The position numbers and the translations under genes are program-made. From Octopus bimaculoides (lineage: Eukaryota), in contig NC_068999.1 of assembly GCF_001194135.2 (NCBI RefSeq), positions 26,245,947-26,309,946 on the forward strand: DNA of 64,000 nt, read 5' to 3'. This document shows, piece by piece, positions 52,007 to 62,904 of the stretch (position 1 is the first letter of the stretch; the number at the start of each line of letters is the position of its first letter). The notes beneath the pieces are model-generated. The model did not search any database and was not told where the DNA came from. It was given only the letters and a program-made list of their open reading frames with translations.

Positions 52007-55000
52007 CATCATCATCATCGTTTAACGTCAGCTTTCCATGCTAGCATGGGTTCGACAATTTGACTGAGGACTGGCAAGTCAGAAGGCTGCACCAGGCTCC
52101 AATCTGATCTGGCAGAGTTTCTATAGTTGGATGCCCTTCCTAGTGCCAACCATTCCAAAAGTGTAGTGGGTGCTTTTACGTGCCACCGGCACGAGGGCCA
52201 GTCACACGGTACTGGCAACGGCCACGTTCAAAATGGTGTTTTTTACGTGCCACCTGCACAGGAGCCAGTCCAGCAGCACTGGCAATGACCTCGCTCGAAT
52301 GATTTTCCAACGTGCCACTAGCACAAGTGCTAGAGGCCAACGCTGATAACGATTACGCACAAATGGTGCTATTTACGGGCCACTAGCACGGAAGCCAGAC
52401 AGCTGCTCTGGCAATGAACACGCTTAACAGTGCTGTTAGTGCTCCACTGGCGCAGGTGCCAGTCATCGAGTATGGTTCAATTACGATTTCACTTGATCCA
52501 ACAGGTCTTCGCAAGCAGAGTTTAGTGTCCAATGAAGGAGAGGTTTGCATGGGTGCTAGTCGTCGGATTCGGTTCGATTTCGATTTCAGATTTCAAATTT
52601 CAAATTCCAAAATCACTTGCCTCATCAAGTCTTCGCAAGCAGGGTTTTTAGTGTCCAATGAAGTAAAGATACGAATTAGTGAGCTGGCTACACTTCTGGC
52701 AGAGGGCACAGATTATGCTCTCACTTGGCTTGCCAGGTCTTCTCACGTACTGCATATTTCCAAAGGTCCAGGTCACTGGTCATTGCCTCAGTGAGGTGTT
52801 AGAATCCTCATGAGAAGCAAAAAGTTTGGGAATACTTCTTAATGTGTGTCAATTACCTATGGTTGAAATTTCATCAACATCAGAAATTTATGCATTTTCA
52901 TGGGGGGTTCTGCCCCCTTTAAGCCACCTCAAATCGAAACCAAACATACTGCATTATACTCGCCCTTATGTATTGAATCAAAGTTCTAAGTATCATAAGG
53001 ATCCATTCATGAAATTGTAAGAAACATACAGCATTACCCTTTTCCCTAAGCTTGGATTTTGTGTTCCAAATTTCATTAGGATCGGTGTAGTAGTTTTCGA
53101 ATCTATAAGTAACACACGAATACACATAAAGACATTGACTTTTATATAATAGATATGAATATGCACATATACATACATGTATGTGAGTGTTGTGTGTATG
53201 TGTGTGTGTATATATATATATATATATACACACACACAATTGAGAGGGCAAAAAAATATGAGACACTGCCTTCAAGAATTTTTTGTCAAATGAATCAACT
53301 CCAGTGTTTTATTTTTATTTTGATATGTCTGCAGCTGACTGGTTTAGCTGTTGTTTCAGTACCCAGTCAAAGTGCTGCTGCCACTGTGTGAGGCAGCTCC
53401 TCCCAGGACGGAAGCCATGTTGCATGTTTGTTATAAGGTTTTTCTCTTCTAGGAACATGATCAGCCCTTTTCTGACAATGTGTTCCATTGTCTTACTAAC
53501 ATGTGAGGTCAGAGAGATGGACCTGTAGTTTTTAGCATCTGCTCTGCTTCTTCCTTTATGGACAGGGCATATTATACCCCCTTTTAGCATGTTGGGAAGT
53601 TTACCACATGCAAGTAACTGAAAGAGTATCTGCAGTGGCTTTGCAAGAGCCTTTTTACATGTCTTTAAGAGAACAGCTGGGAGTCAATCTGGGCCCGTTG
53701 TTGAGTGTGATCTCATCTCATCACATGAATAACTGATATTACATCCTCTTCTGTTACATTGATGTAATCGATGGTTGCCACTTTTCTGAATAGATCCATT
53801 ACATTGAAAAACTCCTTTGGCTTGTTTATTTAGTGCTTCACTTATCTTCCTTGAGGTATGTAGATAACATCTTCATACTTGGGCCAAATAGTGACCCTAT
53901 CTTATAGCGTACTGAGGCAGACTCCTTTGCCTAGGTTTCTCTTTCTTCTCTTTTTTTTTTTTCATGGGAAATTTTGAGCTTATTTTCTATCTCGAAGAGT
54001 TCCTTTGTCAGGTGGGATTTCACACTGTCATTAAAGTGTTTGTTTAAACGATTCGAGATCTTTATTCTCCGCCACATGAGTATTCTCCTGCCTCAGGGAA
54101 TGATCTTTTTGTGTGTATTAGCTCCCTTCTCTGGGACATATTTAATGTATGTGGCTCACATTATTGACATGAATTTATTGAGTTTATTTATGTCTTGCAT
54201 AACGAGGCTTTATGCCCGTCCTGCTGGAGTATCTTTTTATCAAGTGACTTCCACTCAGCCATACAGAAATTTAGGCTCTACTGGGTTTGAGCGCCACCTG
54301 TGCAGAGTTTATCTTTAGTTAATTCAGGGCCATACATTGTCAGTTCTATCATGCTATGGTCTGAGAATATTATTGGTGGTATATCTATGTTGTGGATAAT
54401 TTCCACATTGTTTGTAAAACAGAGGTCCAGGATATTTTTGTGTCTGGGTGGAGAGAGTATGATCTGCTCCATGAATAGCATTTTCATAAGATCAAGTAGA
54501 GATCCTGCTTGATTTTGCTCTTTGTGCATCATTCCTGGAGTTATATTGCCCTCAGGTCACCTGATGTTGGGGAAGTTGAAGTCACCCATCAGGAATATAG
54601 TAGTACGTTGATCCAATTCTGTTAGTACTTCCTTTATCACACTGAGGCTTTTCTCATTGTTTTAACATCCACTTCTTACTTGCATGGGTCATTTAATAAT
54701 GTTCTTGAAATTTGGGATCAAACTCTTTATTGAATCCGCATAAGTATATTTTTTCATTCAATAGATGTTTTCTTTATTATTCTTTTGATATTGCTAAAAT
54801 ATAAAGCTTGAACAAGAGTACTTGTTGCTTGACTCACTAAACTCACATGTACTAAGCAAATAAAATACTAAACTTGACGCTTAAATTCACTATTTCATGA
54901 GGCAATTAGATAGTGGGAATTAGGAACTTCAAATTTTCTAAATTTTATTTTGTCATAGGTTTAATGGTCTTTCTTTCTTAATTAAAAACTCCTATATGAT

Positions 55001-58000
55001 GCCTAAACCCAGTGGCACTGCTCATTCTTTCAGCCATCTTATCTTCTATTGTTTTTCCTTATCTTGACTTTGTTCCACAACAGTTGGTGACTTCCCTTCA
55101 CTCTCAACAAATTATCAGTCATGCCTGATGTTTTGTCTCTCCACGAATTAAACTTCTACAATGTTCCTGGAACCCAAATTTTCAGGGAGTGATGTTCTTA
55201 CTTTTATATTCACTGTCATAACTGTAAAAGATGCAATACACAGTTCTTGTCAAAATCTCTTACTGACAAGGGCTTTGTTCAGGAATATGTTCCAGTAAGT
55301 CTCAGTCCTATATAAAATATTCTGCCTACATTAAAGGTGCTCTGATTCATTCCAACCAGATGTTGAGTTTGTACATGATAAGCCTATTCATCACATGAGG
55401 CTCTATTGGTGGTAGAGATAAACTGAAATTGGATCCTTCAAGTGGAGAATTTAGCAATATCCTGATAGATAACCTAATGGAGATATTGAAACTGCATACA
55501 AATAACATACTTCCAAATGGGGTCTGTAGTTTAACCCTTTCTATCAACAGGAAAGTTTAAACTACAGATTCATCATTATCTCCAGTGATGGCATGCATAT
55601 ACATGGAATACTTTGAGGAAATGGGTTTAAACAACTTCATACTTGGGCCTCATCAGGAAGAAGCACAAAGTACTACTGAATCATGTAAACTGTCAATACA
55701 ATTCACTACAGAAAAGGAAAAAGGACGTGCAAATAACCAACACAGAGTGTGGATTCACAATATCCATATATCATAAGACCACATTCACTGGATCATATTT
55801 GGAACTTTGGTTCCTACCACCTATAGAACATGAAGAAAGTGATCATCTACAGCTCACATCAAACAAAATTTGTATGTGAAAATTCAGATTCATACCAACA
55901 AGAGATCAGGATCAGAAAGACCCTTTCAGAATAATTATTTTGCAAGCATAGTATTTGTTTCTAAAAGCAAAGTTATAAGGGTCAAAAATATTAATCAAAA
56001 TACAGCTACAATCTGTCTCTCTTACCTTAGAAGAATGTCAGGAAAAAATTTAGATCTGGGATCCATACAATATCAAGACAGTATTTAAAAGTGGATCTTT
56101 CCTTAGAGACATTTCCCCTAAACAAAGTCTACATCAGAAGAGCTCCATGATCAAGAACTGTGTATTTCAGCCTTTGCAGTTGTGGTAAAAATCACCCAGT
56201 AAAATTTAAGCTAAATGTATTCTGAGTGAAACAGAATACATTGAACTAACAACATCACAAGCAAGAGAATAATGAAGAGAATATCCACGATATTGACAAC
56301 AGTTTGAGAACCATCTGCCTCCATGGATTTAATAAAGGGTTCAGTTCCAAATTCTGAAAATGTTACTGAATGTGACAGGCACCAGACAAAGGTCCGAAAG
56401 TATAATGGCTAAAACATTATGATTATAACAACCAAGATGAAGAAAACTAATCTGAATGTATCAGTGTATAATAAAAAGATATATCAAACTGTAATGAATG
56501 GTAACTGCTTACAATGAATTAAGATTCAGTCAAGTAATCAACAATCAGACAAATCAAATATGAAAGAATTCAATATTAAACAGTTTCTTCTTTTTTTTTT
56601 TTTTGTAATGACAGTCCTCAGCTAAACTACTATTTTTCTTCTAATCAGAAATTAAAATAAGGATTTTATCATGAACAGAAATGACAGGAAATCAAGACAA
56701 CCCAGAAACTACCTAGTGGCTAGCAGAATAGCAGAATAATTTTCTACTTGGATGGATAAGAAATATGGATGCTCCTCCTGGAAGGATACATTTTATCATG
56801 GTACTTGTTTATGACAGATAAGATTGAGCTTAAGCCAATCTATCAGAAAAGAATTACCAAAAGGAAAGGAAATATCACCTGGAGATTTTGTTCACTGTCA
56901 TTCTGAGGACTATATGAATAAAGATGGGATTATATAGTGGATAACACTAAATGTGAAATAAAGGACCAGAGGCTCTTCTAAAGAAGAAATCACTGCTCAT
57001 TGCACACAAGACAGGAGAGATGAAAGACAAGGCCATGTCTATGAACACCAACTGGCCTTACATCTTTGCTACAACCTTTTGGAAGTAGTGCAGAGTAAAA
57101 CCATTGAAGGAAAGATTGGTTGGACATAAATAATTTTGATTGTTTTCAGAATAAAAGGAACTAACAAAATGCAGTAACCTCACGAAGCCAACCATCTTGT
57201 AACATTGTACATAAAGACACTGGATGATCAAGTGGTAACAAAGAGTTTCTTGAAGACAAGAATATCAAATAGCATGGATAAACTGAATATAACCATTTGT
57301 GGACTGACAATAAGAGACAACCAAGAACAGACGGAATGGAGGGCATGGATGGATGAGGGACGACTTTATGCCAACAGTGATGAAGAATTTAACAGATGCT
57401 TTTAAACTGCTTTTAAGTTTTATTTCTTCTTTGATATTATGATAAAGTTTACAGTCATCTATTATGTATGCAGTGGTTATTCTATAATCATGTTCATAAT
57501 CCAATTTGTTTAATAAATGTGCTCAACAATGCAACTTGTTTAATTATCTAACTCCACCAATATCAGCAGATACAGAACATAATTTGGTTGGATCATACAA
57601 TTTCATCCTCCATTGTAGATTTTGATTATAAAAGCTTGTACCAAATTTTCCATGCAAAATAAGGAGTGCAGCTTATACACAAGTAAAAACAATATGTTGA
57701 ATATGAAAGTTGTTAAAAATAAGCTTACTTGTAAAGATGGCAGTGGGAAATGGAATTCTCTGTCAAATCTGCCTGGTCGTCTCAATGCTGGATCAATAGC
57801 ATCAATCCGGTTAGTAGCACCAATGACAACTATCTCATCCCGGCTATCTAAACCATCCATTAAAGCAAGCAGAGTAGAAACGATAGAACTGTGAATTTGG
57901 TCTTGGCGACTTGAACGAACTGGGGCAAGCCCATCAATCTCATCAAAAAATATAATAGATGGCCGAGTCTGATAAGCCTAAAAGAGATAAACTTTGATTG

Positions 58001-61000
58001 AGAAAATAATGAAAACAAATATTTGATTAAAAAAACGTTAACTTTGAAAATATTTTATACCAAATTTTAAAAAAGAAAGGTTTCTTTTAGAAATCACTAT
58101 TTCTTGAGGGGTTCAAATTGCAAAGCACAAACAAGATAATGAGAGAAAAAAAATATATCGAAAAATAAGATAGGTTGATAATGATTTATACCAACCTGAT
58201 CAAATAATAATCTTAGCTGACGTTCAGACTCCCCAACCCATTTACTGAGACAGTCAGCCCCTTTACGCATGTAGAAAGCCACTCTTCGATTTTCTGTGCT
58301 GCATTCATTAGCTAAAGCTCTAGCTACCAAAGTCTTTCCAGTACCTAAAATGAAAAAAAAAAAAATTCATAATATATCTTTCAAAAGACTATACTTCCAA
58401 GAGTTTGTCCTATAAAACTCGAATCATGTATTAATAAAAAAGAAACAGACGTTTAACATTAAGTCATAAAGTGCTCACCTGGTGGACCATAAAAGAGAAC
58501 TCCTCGAGGTGGAGTAATTTTGAACTGCTCGAAGACTTCTGGATACAGAAGTGGGAAGACAATCATTTCTTTCAAGGCACTGATGTGCTTCTCTAAACCA
58601 CCAATACTTTTGAAGTTAACCTATAGTAAATAATACAATAACAAACTGAAAATTATAGCAAGTACCTAAGATTTAGTTTGATCAAAATATATATACTTTT
58701 TTTTACATTGAGAGGTACTGTGTAAGAAAAGATCAGCTATTATTTTATCAATTGTATTGTGTCATTAAATTAGATTACTTTCTCAGCCAAAGTATCTATT
58801 GTTCAGCTTAAAAAAAGGTATCTCTGTAAAAATACTTGCTCCAACAATTCAAAGATAAATATTGTTTGTTAGCAACTTTTTTTTTTTAAGTTGATATAGA
58901 ATGGATAGTTTAGCATAGTTCTATGGATGCTTACATTGATGAAACAGTCAAAGTGACTTAAGCAAAAACAGTAATAGACAATAAGCTCTTTTATGTACAT
59001 GCAAAGATACTCTTCAATTATTTGAGCTTTAACATGCAAACAATGTGATGTCTACACACATATATGAACTCTACTTTCCCTGCCACTCATCTCTCTCTCA
59101 CCTAGATTTCAGGAACAAGTTTATTCTAGCCCAAAATCTCCTTTCTCATTACTCTAGATATACTTGCTGTCACTACCACTCTTTGAACTTTCTTCAAGCA
59201 CAAGCAGGATTCTGGATCACAGACATCTGCCCCAGGTCACTCCGCTCTGGAGTGACTCCTTGATGACTTCAATACTCATAATACTTCTTGGCAATTGCAC
59301 TCCCTACAATTAGTTTTATCCCCATGAATTTCTGGTACACAGGCAATTCCAAATACTGATTCCTTTCTCACTTCCAGACAACACCATCTCTGCCAATTGA
59401 ATTGTCTAGATTATCACAGTCATATACTATATAATATCTTTCTACCTCTTGGACCCTACAGCACATCAGATCAGCTCACTGCTTAGAGCTCTGCGGGTTC
59501 TCAGCCAAATATCACTGGCAGTGCTGAACCCATAGGAGACAGTTAAGCACTTGACTGAAACCATCCTCTTTATCCCACCCACCACATACACAACCAGAAT
59601 ACATAACCCAAATCAACTAGGTAGTTCACTTGTAGCTACAGCACAAGAACAAAAAAAAAAAACAAAAAAAAAAAAACACCACAACACCAGCAAGACCATC
59701 ATTTGAAATGCAAAAGATGCTTTTATGCATTGTACAGGCCACAAGGCTTCCTATTAATAAACTGAAGCTAATACTGCTGATCCCTTGCAAAAGAGATCAC
59801 AACCAAGTTAGCTGAATCCTCTGAATCCATACTTGCATCCAACTTAACATTGTCCACACAATACAAAATTCCTCTTTTTACTCTGCCAAGCTAACCGCCA
59901 TGTATAGAAACCATGTCGTGTGTGAAAGCACTTCCTGTCACTTCAAACTAACAATACCACAAATGCTGACAGAGTCCTTTCTATAACTGTCAATGTACCC
60001 TAAAACTAACCCCTATCCATTCCGAACTGTTTAATCCCTCTATTTGCCAGGCTGTATCCTGATCTCTGTAAACATCATACAATGTATCCCATTCACTGAG
60101 AAACGTAATTTCTCTGACCTTGACAATTAGTATTTATTACTTCCATTGGAACACGCAAAGGGTGATAGATACAGTTGCTAATAGCCAGCTTTAACAACTT
60201 GAATCGTCTTCTTTATTAACCCCATAACTCTAGATGCCTTGCACTTAGAAAATTTAGTGAAAATGTTCTCCAGTGAAGGCATGTCAACCTTGTCTCTTCA
60301 ACAGCTGATGATAAAATCACATCACATCAAAACACAATCCTGTATACCATCATAGATAAATCAAAACTAAAATCCTAAAAGTTAAAACAAATGCTGAACC
60401 TTACAATTGCTAATGCTCTTTACTAGCAAACACAAAAACCTAGCATTCCTCTTCAGAACACCCAAAGCTCGTGTGAGCCTCAAAATGGAATATTAATTTT
60501 ATATCTGGGGCAATGTTGTTGCTATACAAACACTTTAGTCTCTAGTTCACAGTTGTGCTATTCTCTCCTACTACTCCCAGTCATGTGACTACAATGAATT
60601 GTCTTTTCTTTTACCATCATGCCTTGGTAATTCATGAGGATACAGTATTTTCAAGAGATTAGAAGTAAGTGCCATAGGGCAAGTCTGTGACGAAAACGTC
60701 TGCAATCTAATTTAGATTCTTATTTGGTGTCTTTTGGGCTACAAGCTTCAAGTTTAAACATGAATGTCACAACTTCCATACCCCACTCACAAATATCTCA
60801 AGCATTGTGCTTTTATTAATTTGTTCTATGACATGTAGTTCTATAAACAACTGCTTTTACAAAACCATCCCACATATGCAGGCATGGAAAAAAAAACTGA
60901 TATAAAAATGAAAAATGCATAAATTCAAATGTTTAGTAAAACAATTAATATAAAATGTTAAAAATTACAATGTACACAAACAGGAATGTACACTATATTC

Positions 61001-62348
61001 CTGGCAAGCAATATAGTAAACAGTTACCATTTTGTCAACCGTCATTGGGTCAACATCTGCCAAACTGGATCCAATTCTCAAGCGATCCCTCACAAGTGAA
61101 CTAGCAAGATCTTCATGGCCATAATTCATTGGCAAACACCTTAAACATGTCAAGAAAGATGTATGTAATGAAATATTTCTTTTCATTAAAATCAATTTCA
61201 TATATTTCAGTAAGTTTGACATTAATTACACCTAAAAAGTACAACCATCAAATCTAGAAACCATATGTATCAATATTTGCTGATCAACGAGAGGAAGATT
61301 ATTTTCAGAATACTGATCCTGTTATTCTGTTATTAATTTATTGAACTGCAGCCATGGTGGGTGCCACTTTGAAGAGTATTCTTAGTTGGTAACATCAAAT
61401 ATGTCTGGAATTTATTCTAACAGCCTCTCTTTATTTATTTATTTATTATTTTTTTTTTGCCAAACCATTAAGTTTGTAAACAAACCTAACTGGTTGTTAA
61501 GCAATGAGAAACAAACACACATACATATCTACATATACGACAGGCTTCCACACAGTTTATGTCTACCAAATTTACTCACAAGGCATTGGCCGACCTGGTG
61601 CTATAGCAGAAGACTATGCTATGAAACCATATGGTTGAGAGGTGAACTTCTTAACCACACAACCATGCCTGCACCTATGTATAATATTTTTTTTAAATGA
61701 GAAATAGACCACATTTACATTAAACATTGACCATATTCTATAGAGCTTTAAAGACCTAGTTTAACGAGTAATTTGATTTAAATAGTATTCATATAGAAAA
61801 TAAATACAACAAAATTTCAAATCTTAAAAATAAAGTTTAAATGAGTGAAAAAAAAAACCACCTGATTCAAAAGGACAAAATAACATTAAAAGAAACAAGT
61901 AAAAATATATCATTATTTATGAAATCAAAAATGCAGTGAAAAGCCAAGACAAAAATAAAACATTATCTTGCTAAGATTATATCTATTATTTTTAAATTTG
62001 AGAAGACGTAAAAGAATAGAATAAATGTATTTATTAATTAGCAAGTTAAAACTATTAAATATGACAAAGTGTAAAATTGGAACATATTTCATAAATCTGC
62101 ATTACTACATTATTTATAGACACTTAACAGAAGTAAAGATAATTAACAATCAGGTTCATTTAGATGAAGGAAAATTTTTTTTAATTATAATTTTATCTTG
62201 TATTTTCAGTCATTTGCAGAAGATTCAATCTTACCTATTCCGTGCCCGGGTCATACTCTTGGCCTTCCTTCTCTCAAACCTCCGCTCATCATCACTTGAA
62301 TCACTGCTAGATGAGGTAGAAGAGCTTCCATGAAACGCTGTTCGTCTT
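23816..62348 (-). CDS. ATAD2: ATAD2/ATAD2B-like AAA+ ATPase and bromodomain protein, 18 coding exons in window (about 1219 aa), 5' partial
   Basis: Spliced exons give Walker A GPPGTGKT, Walker B IIFFDEIDG, R-finger ALRRPGRFDRE, a degenerate second AAA domain, a bromodomain (VPDYY...EPMDL...ALEYNPD) and the C-terminal LEKLYSVFSQCIY...MEQ motif. All phases chain. Confidence 0.96.
23989..24221 (-). CDS. ATAD2: ATAD2 exon (ESATFQISMVGEDSSG...LEKLYSVFSQCIYQQRNNPDKVDLCV)
   Basis: AAG/GTAAGT, 233 nt; conserved C-terminal helical motif. Alternative acceptor possible (exon start 24201). Confidence 0.88.
26492..26588 (-). CDS. ATAD2: ATAD2 97-nt exon (APTNSQTTEQEKGAAPELADISPLPVENQETE)
   Basis: CAG/GTATTT, phase 0 to 1, links the donor at 31935 to the acceptor at 24222; no homology support. 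Confidence 0.72.
26720..27800 (+). mobile_element. Decayed RTE LINE reverse transcriptase
   Basis: YTDDLVL (YADD-like) and VVDSFWYLGD remnants. Confidence 0.7.
29870..31482 (+). mobile_element. Decayed pogo/Tigger-like DNA transposon
   Basis: YANKGWLKDFK, DTAAKYSAKLKKII..DET, DNIPSHP remnants; 3' end CTG|TA; 5' boundary approximate. Confidence 0.65.
31936..32876 (-). CDS. ATAD2: ATAD2 941-nt low-complexity Ser/Thr/Asn-rich exon
   Basis: TAG/GTAAGT, open frame of 313 codons (inside ORF 31915-32982), phases fit both neighbours. Confidence 0.88.
32116..32148 (-). repeat. Coding (TCA/TCG)11 repeat encoding poly-Ser in ATAD2
   Basis: Direct reading: 11 Ser codons, two TCG interruptions. Confidence 0.9.
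33257..33464. mobile_element. Mariner-derived MITE (208 bp)
   Basis: TA|CAAGTGGGTGCTGAAAAGTTCCTGGCTTT...AAAGCCAGGAACTTTTCCGTACCCCTCATG|TA. Confidence 0.8.
34400..35090 (+). mobile_element. Decayed RTE-like LINE fragment
   Basis: NYRTI..S..KVFH- and VNLGNVL..IKCKIGK-like remnants. Confidence 0.5.
35095..35591 (+). mobile_element. Mariner transposase 3' fragment (different family)
   Basis: FFHQDNARSHTA, HPPYSLDITSSDYHLFR; terminal GGGATGACCCAA|TA. Confidence 0.85.
36158..36280 (-). CDS. ATAD2: ATAD2 exon (KAIRHRVCALKDMAYAVVNSELNPEFAKMCQDIVNSRKRR), GC donor
   Basis: TAG acceptor; AG|GCAAGT donor gives the phase 1 required by the next exon. Confidence 0.9.
37055..37398 (-). mobile_element. Abundant tRNA-derived SINE followed by (TA)n
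   Basis: Same family as 4621-5048; (TA)n at about 37402-37449. Confidence 0.75.
38128..38287 (-). CDS. ATAD2: ATAD2 bromodomain exon (VPDYYDIVKEPMDL...WRNALEYNPDSDST)
   Basis: TAG/GTGGGT, 160 nt; conserved Tyr and Asn. Confidence 0.95.
38674..38867 (-). CDS. ATAD2: ATAD2 exon (RVLEELPRAPPPVPRKLTE...RKFAIFMRPVDIED), bromodomain start
   Basis: CAG/GTAAGT, 194 nt. Confidence 0.95.
39580..39715 (-). CDS. ATAD2: ATAD2 exon (LKELFDDLAAEVMHMSNPTEQERREFFSDLLLNQAVKPPVNKRQR)
   Basis: CAG/GTATGT, 136 nt. Confidence 0.93.
39811..39996 (-). CDS. ATAD2: ATAD2 exon (IFCEAKRTSPSILYFPHI...LLLATSEVPYDFLDDD)
   Basis: CAG/GTGAGT, 186 nt. Confidence 0.95.
40690..41300 (-). mobile_element. RTE LINE RT C-terminal fragment
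   Basis: ORF 40695-41105: LLYGAETW...RCLHSILKIRWPEHISN...RKRGRPKNSWRR. Confidence 0.85.
41514..42726 (+). mobile_element. Decayed mariner, same family as 16252-17394
   Basis: Shared internal sequence and 3' TIR CCTATGAACTTTTCAGCCGAC; GNAPAH and DYHLFP motifs. Confidence 0.85.
44049..44383 (+). mobile_element. RTE LINE 3'UTR copy (5' end in gap)
   Basis: Reverse complement of part of 52005-52349; (GAT)n tail. Confidence 0.8.
44481..45400 (+). mobile_element. Solo-LTR-like element (920 bp)
   Basis: Ends CGTTGTAG...CTACAACA; AATAAA at 45231; composition differs from flanks; no TSD seen. Confidence 0.5.
46278..46464 (-). CDS. ATAD2: ATAD2 exon (CASKQPLTYRPRLLFAGKIGQGQSVHLAPAIM...TPEESCTQ)
   Basis: TAG/GTTAGT, 187 nt; start of degenerate AAA2. 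Confidence 0.95.
46711..46867 (-). CDS. ATAD2: ATAD2 exon (SCEKSAKVDEATDYWFEDEEGPCIYE...YLDFQ)
   Basis: TAG/GTAATG, 157 nt, open in the required phase; variable linker. Confidence 0.88.
48235..48549 (-). CDS. ATAD2: ATAD2 exon (YCGADIKALCTEAALMALRRRYPQIY...LTLK)
   Basis: TAG/GTAATT, 315 nt. Confidence 0.95.
49130..50780 (-). mobile_element. Highly decayed LINE RT remnant
   Basis: Minus-strand traces of RT-like motifs; boundaries approximate. Confidence 0.4.
50984..51074 (-). CDS. ATAD2: ATAD2 exon (ARSQIFSIITKDWNPKLSDAFLEEIARKCV)
   Basis: TAG/GTAAGT, 91 nt; absent from ORF track. Confidence 0.93.
51160..51780 (-). mobile_element. Possible pogo-type transposase remnant
   Basis: MDAFSG and SPFDKCLY resemble DxFxxH and QPLD motifs. 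Confidence 0.3.
52005..52830 (-). mobile_element. 5'-truncated RTE LINE with long (about 715 nt) 3'UTR
   Basis: LTEAMTSDLDLWKYAVREKTWQAK* (TGA 52723-52721); (GAT)n tail at 52005-52020. Confidence 0.8.
52831..53153 (-). mobile_element. Non-autonomous Helitron-like element, 5' part
   Basis: A|TCTATTATATAAAAG start, then ...ACCGATCCTAATGAAATTTGG, a pattern typical of Lep1-like non-autonomous Helitrons. Confidence 0.5.
53310..54660 (-). mobile_element. CR1-type LINE fragment (endonuclease end and RT start)
   Basis: LLMGDFNFPNI; PVHKGRSRADAKNYRSISLTSHVSKTMEHIV; QHGFRPGRSCLTQ. Confidence 0.85.
54990..56420 (+). mobile_element. Decayed Penelope-like element
   Basis: SLSPVMACIYMEYFEE (PLE RT), YHKTTFTGSYL, and a GIY-YIG-like NCV...CSCGK remnant. 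Confidence 0.65.
57729..57977 (-). CDS. ATAD2: ATAD2 exon (AYQTRPSIIFFDEIDG...ALRRPGRFDREFHFPLPSLQ)
   Basis: TAG/GTAAGC, 249 nt; Walker B, sensor 1, R-finger. Confidence 0.96.
58196..58344 (-). CDS. ATAD2: ATAD2 exon (TGKTLVARALANEC...KWVGESERQLRLLFDQ)
   Basis: TAG/GTTGGT, 149 nt; Walker A. Confidence 0.96.
58479..58620 (-). CDS. ATAD2: ATAD2 exon (VNFKSIGGLEKHISALKEMIVFPLLYPEVFEQFKITPPRGVLFYGPP)
   Basis: TAG/GTGAGC, 142 nt. Confidence 0.96.
59070..60700 (-). mobile_element. Decayed RTE LINE RT
   Basis: YGxxxxPV..AEN and YADD-like remnants on minus strand. Confidence 0.55.
61028..61139 (-). CDS. ATAD2: ATAD2 exon (CLPMNYGHEDLASSLVRDRLRIGSSLADVDPMTVDKM)
   Basis: AAG/GTAACT, 112 nt. Confidence 0.95.
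61321..61678 (-). mobile_element. Abundant tRNA-derived SINE
   Basis: Same family as 4621-5048. Confidence 0.7.
62235..62348 (-). CDS. ATAD2: ATAD2 exon (RRTAFHGSSSTSSSSDSSDDERRFERRKAKSMTRARN)
   Basis: TAG/GTAAGA on minus strand, 114 nt. Confidence 0.9.
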
Positions 62349-62904
62349 CTAAACAAAAACATCAAATTAAAAATGAAAAGTAAATCATCTCAGCTAATAT
62401 AAAATTTAAAATTAAACAATGCTCATGTTTTCTAGGAATAGGAACCAATAATTCTGAGAGATTGGTGTCTGAAACACACTTTCCACCTTATCCAGAGGAA
62501 AATTTGATTCATATACAAATACTGTCGAATCTTAAGTTACACACTCATCATTCAGACTTCTGTAATTAGTGAAATGATTAATAAACTAAAGAAAAAAAAA
62601 GCATAAAACTCGAGATTTTTTAACCAAACCAAATATCAAGGCATGATCATTATCATCATTGAACATCCACTTGTCTATGCATACATGGGTAAGATGGAAT
62701 TTGCTGCAACAGATTTTCTATGGGCAGATGCCTTTCCTGTTGCCAACCCTCAGTTTCCAAGTAAGGTAACATTTTTCATCACCAGATGTGTTTTCTTACA
62801 GAAGACTGGAAATAAACAGTAGTGCTTGTATGACAGCAATGCCCATTTATAACCATCTCATGATATCAGGACAAGGATACACAAAACACATATTTATACA
62901 GAAA

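Noticed and set aside
8543-62348. U12-type (minor) introns
   Set aside because: No GTATCCTT or ATATCCTT donor at any mapped exon boundary.
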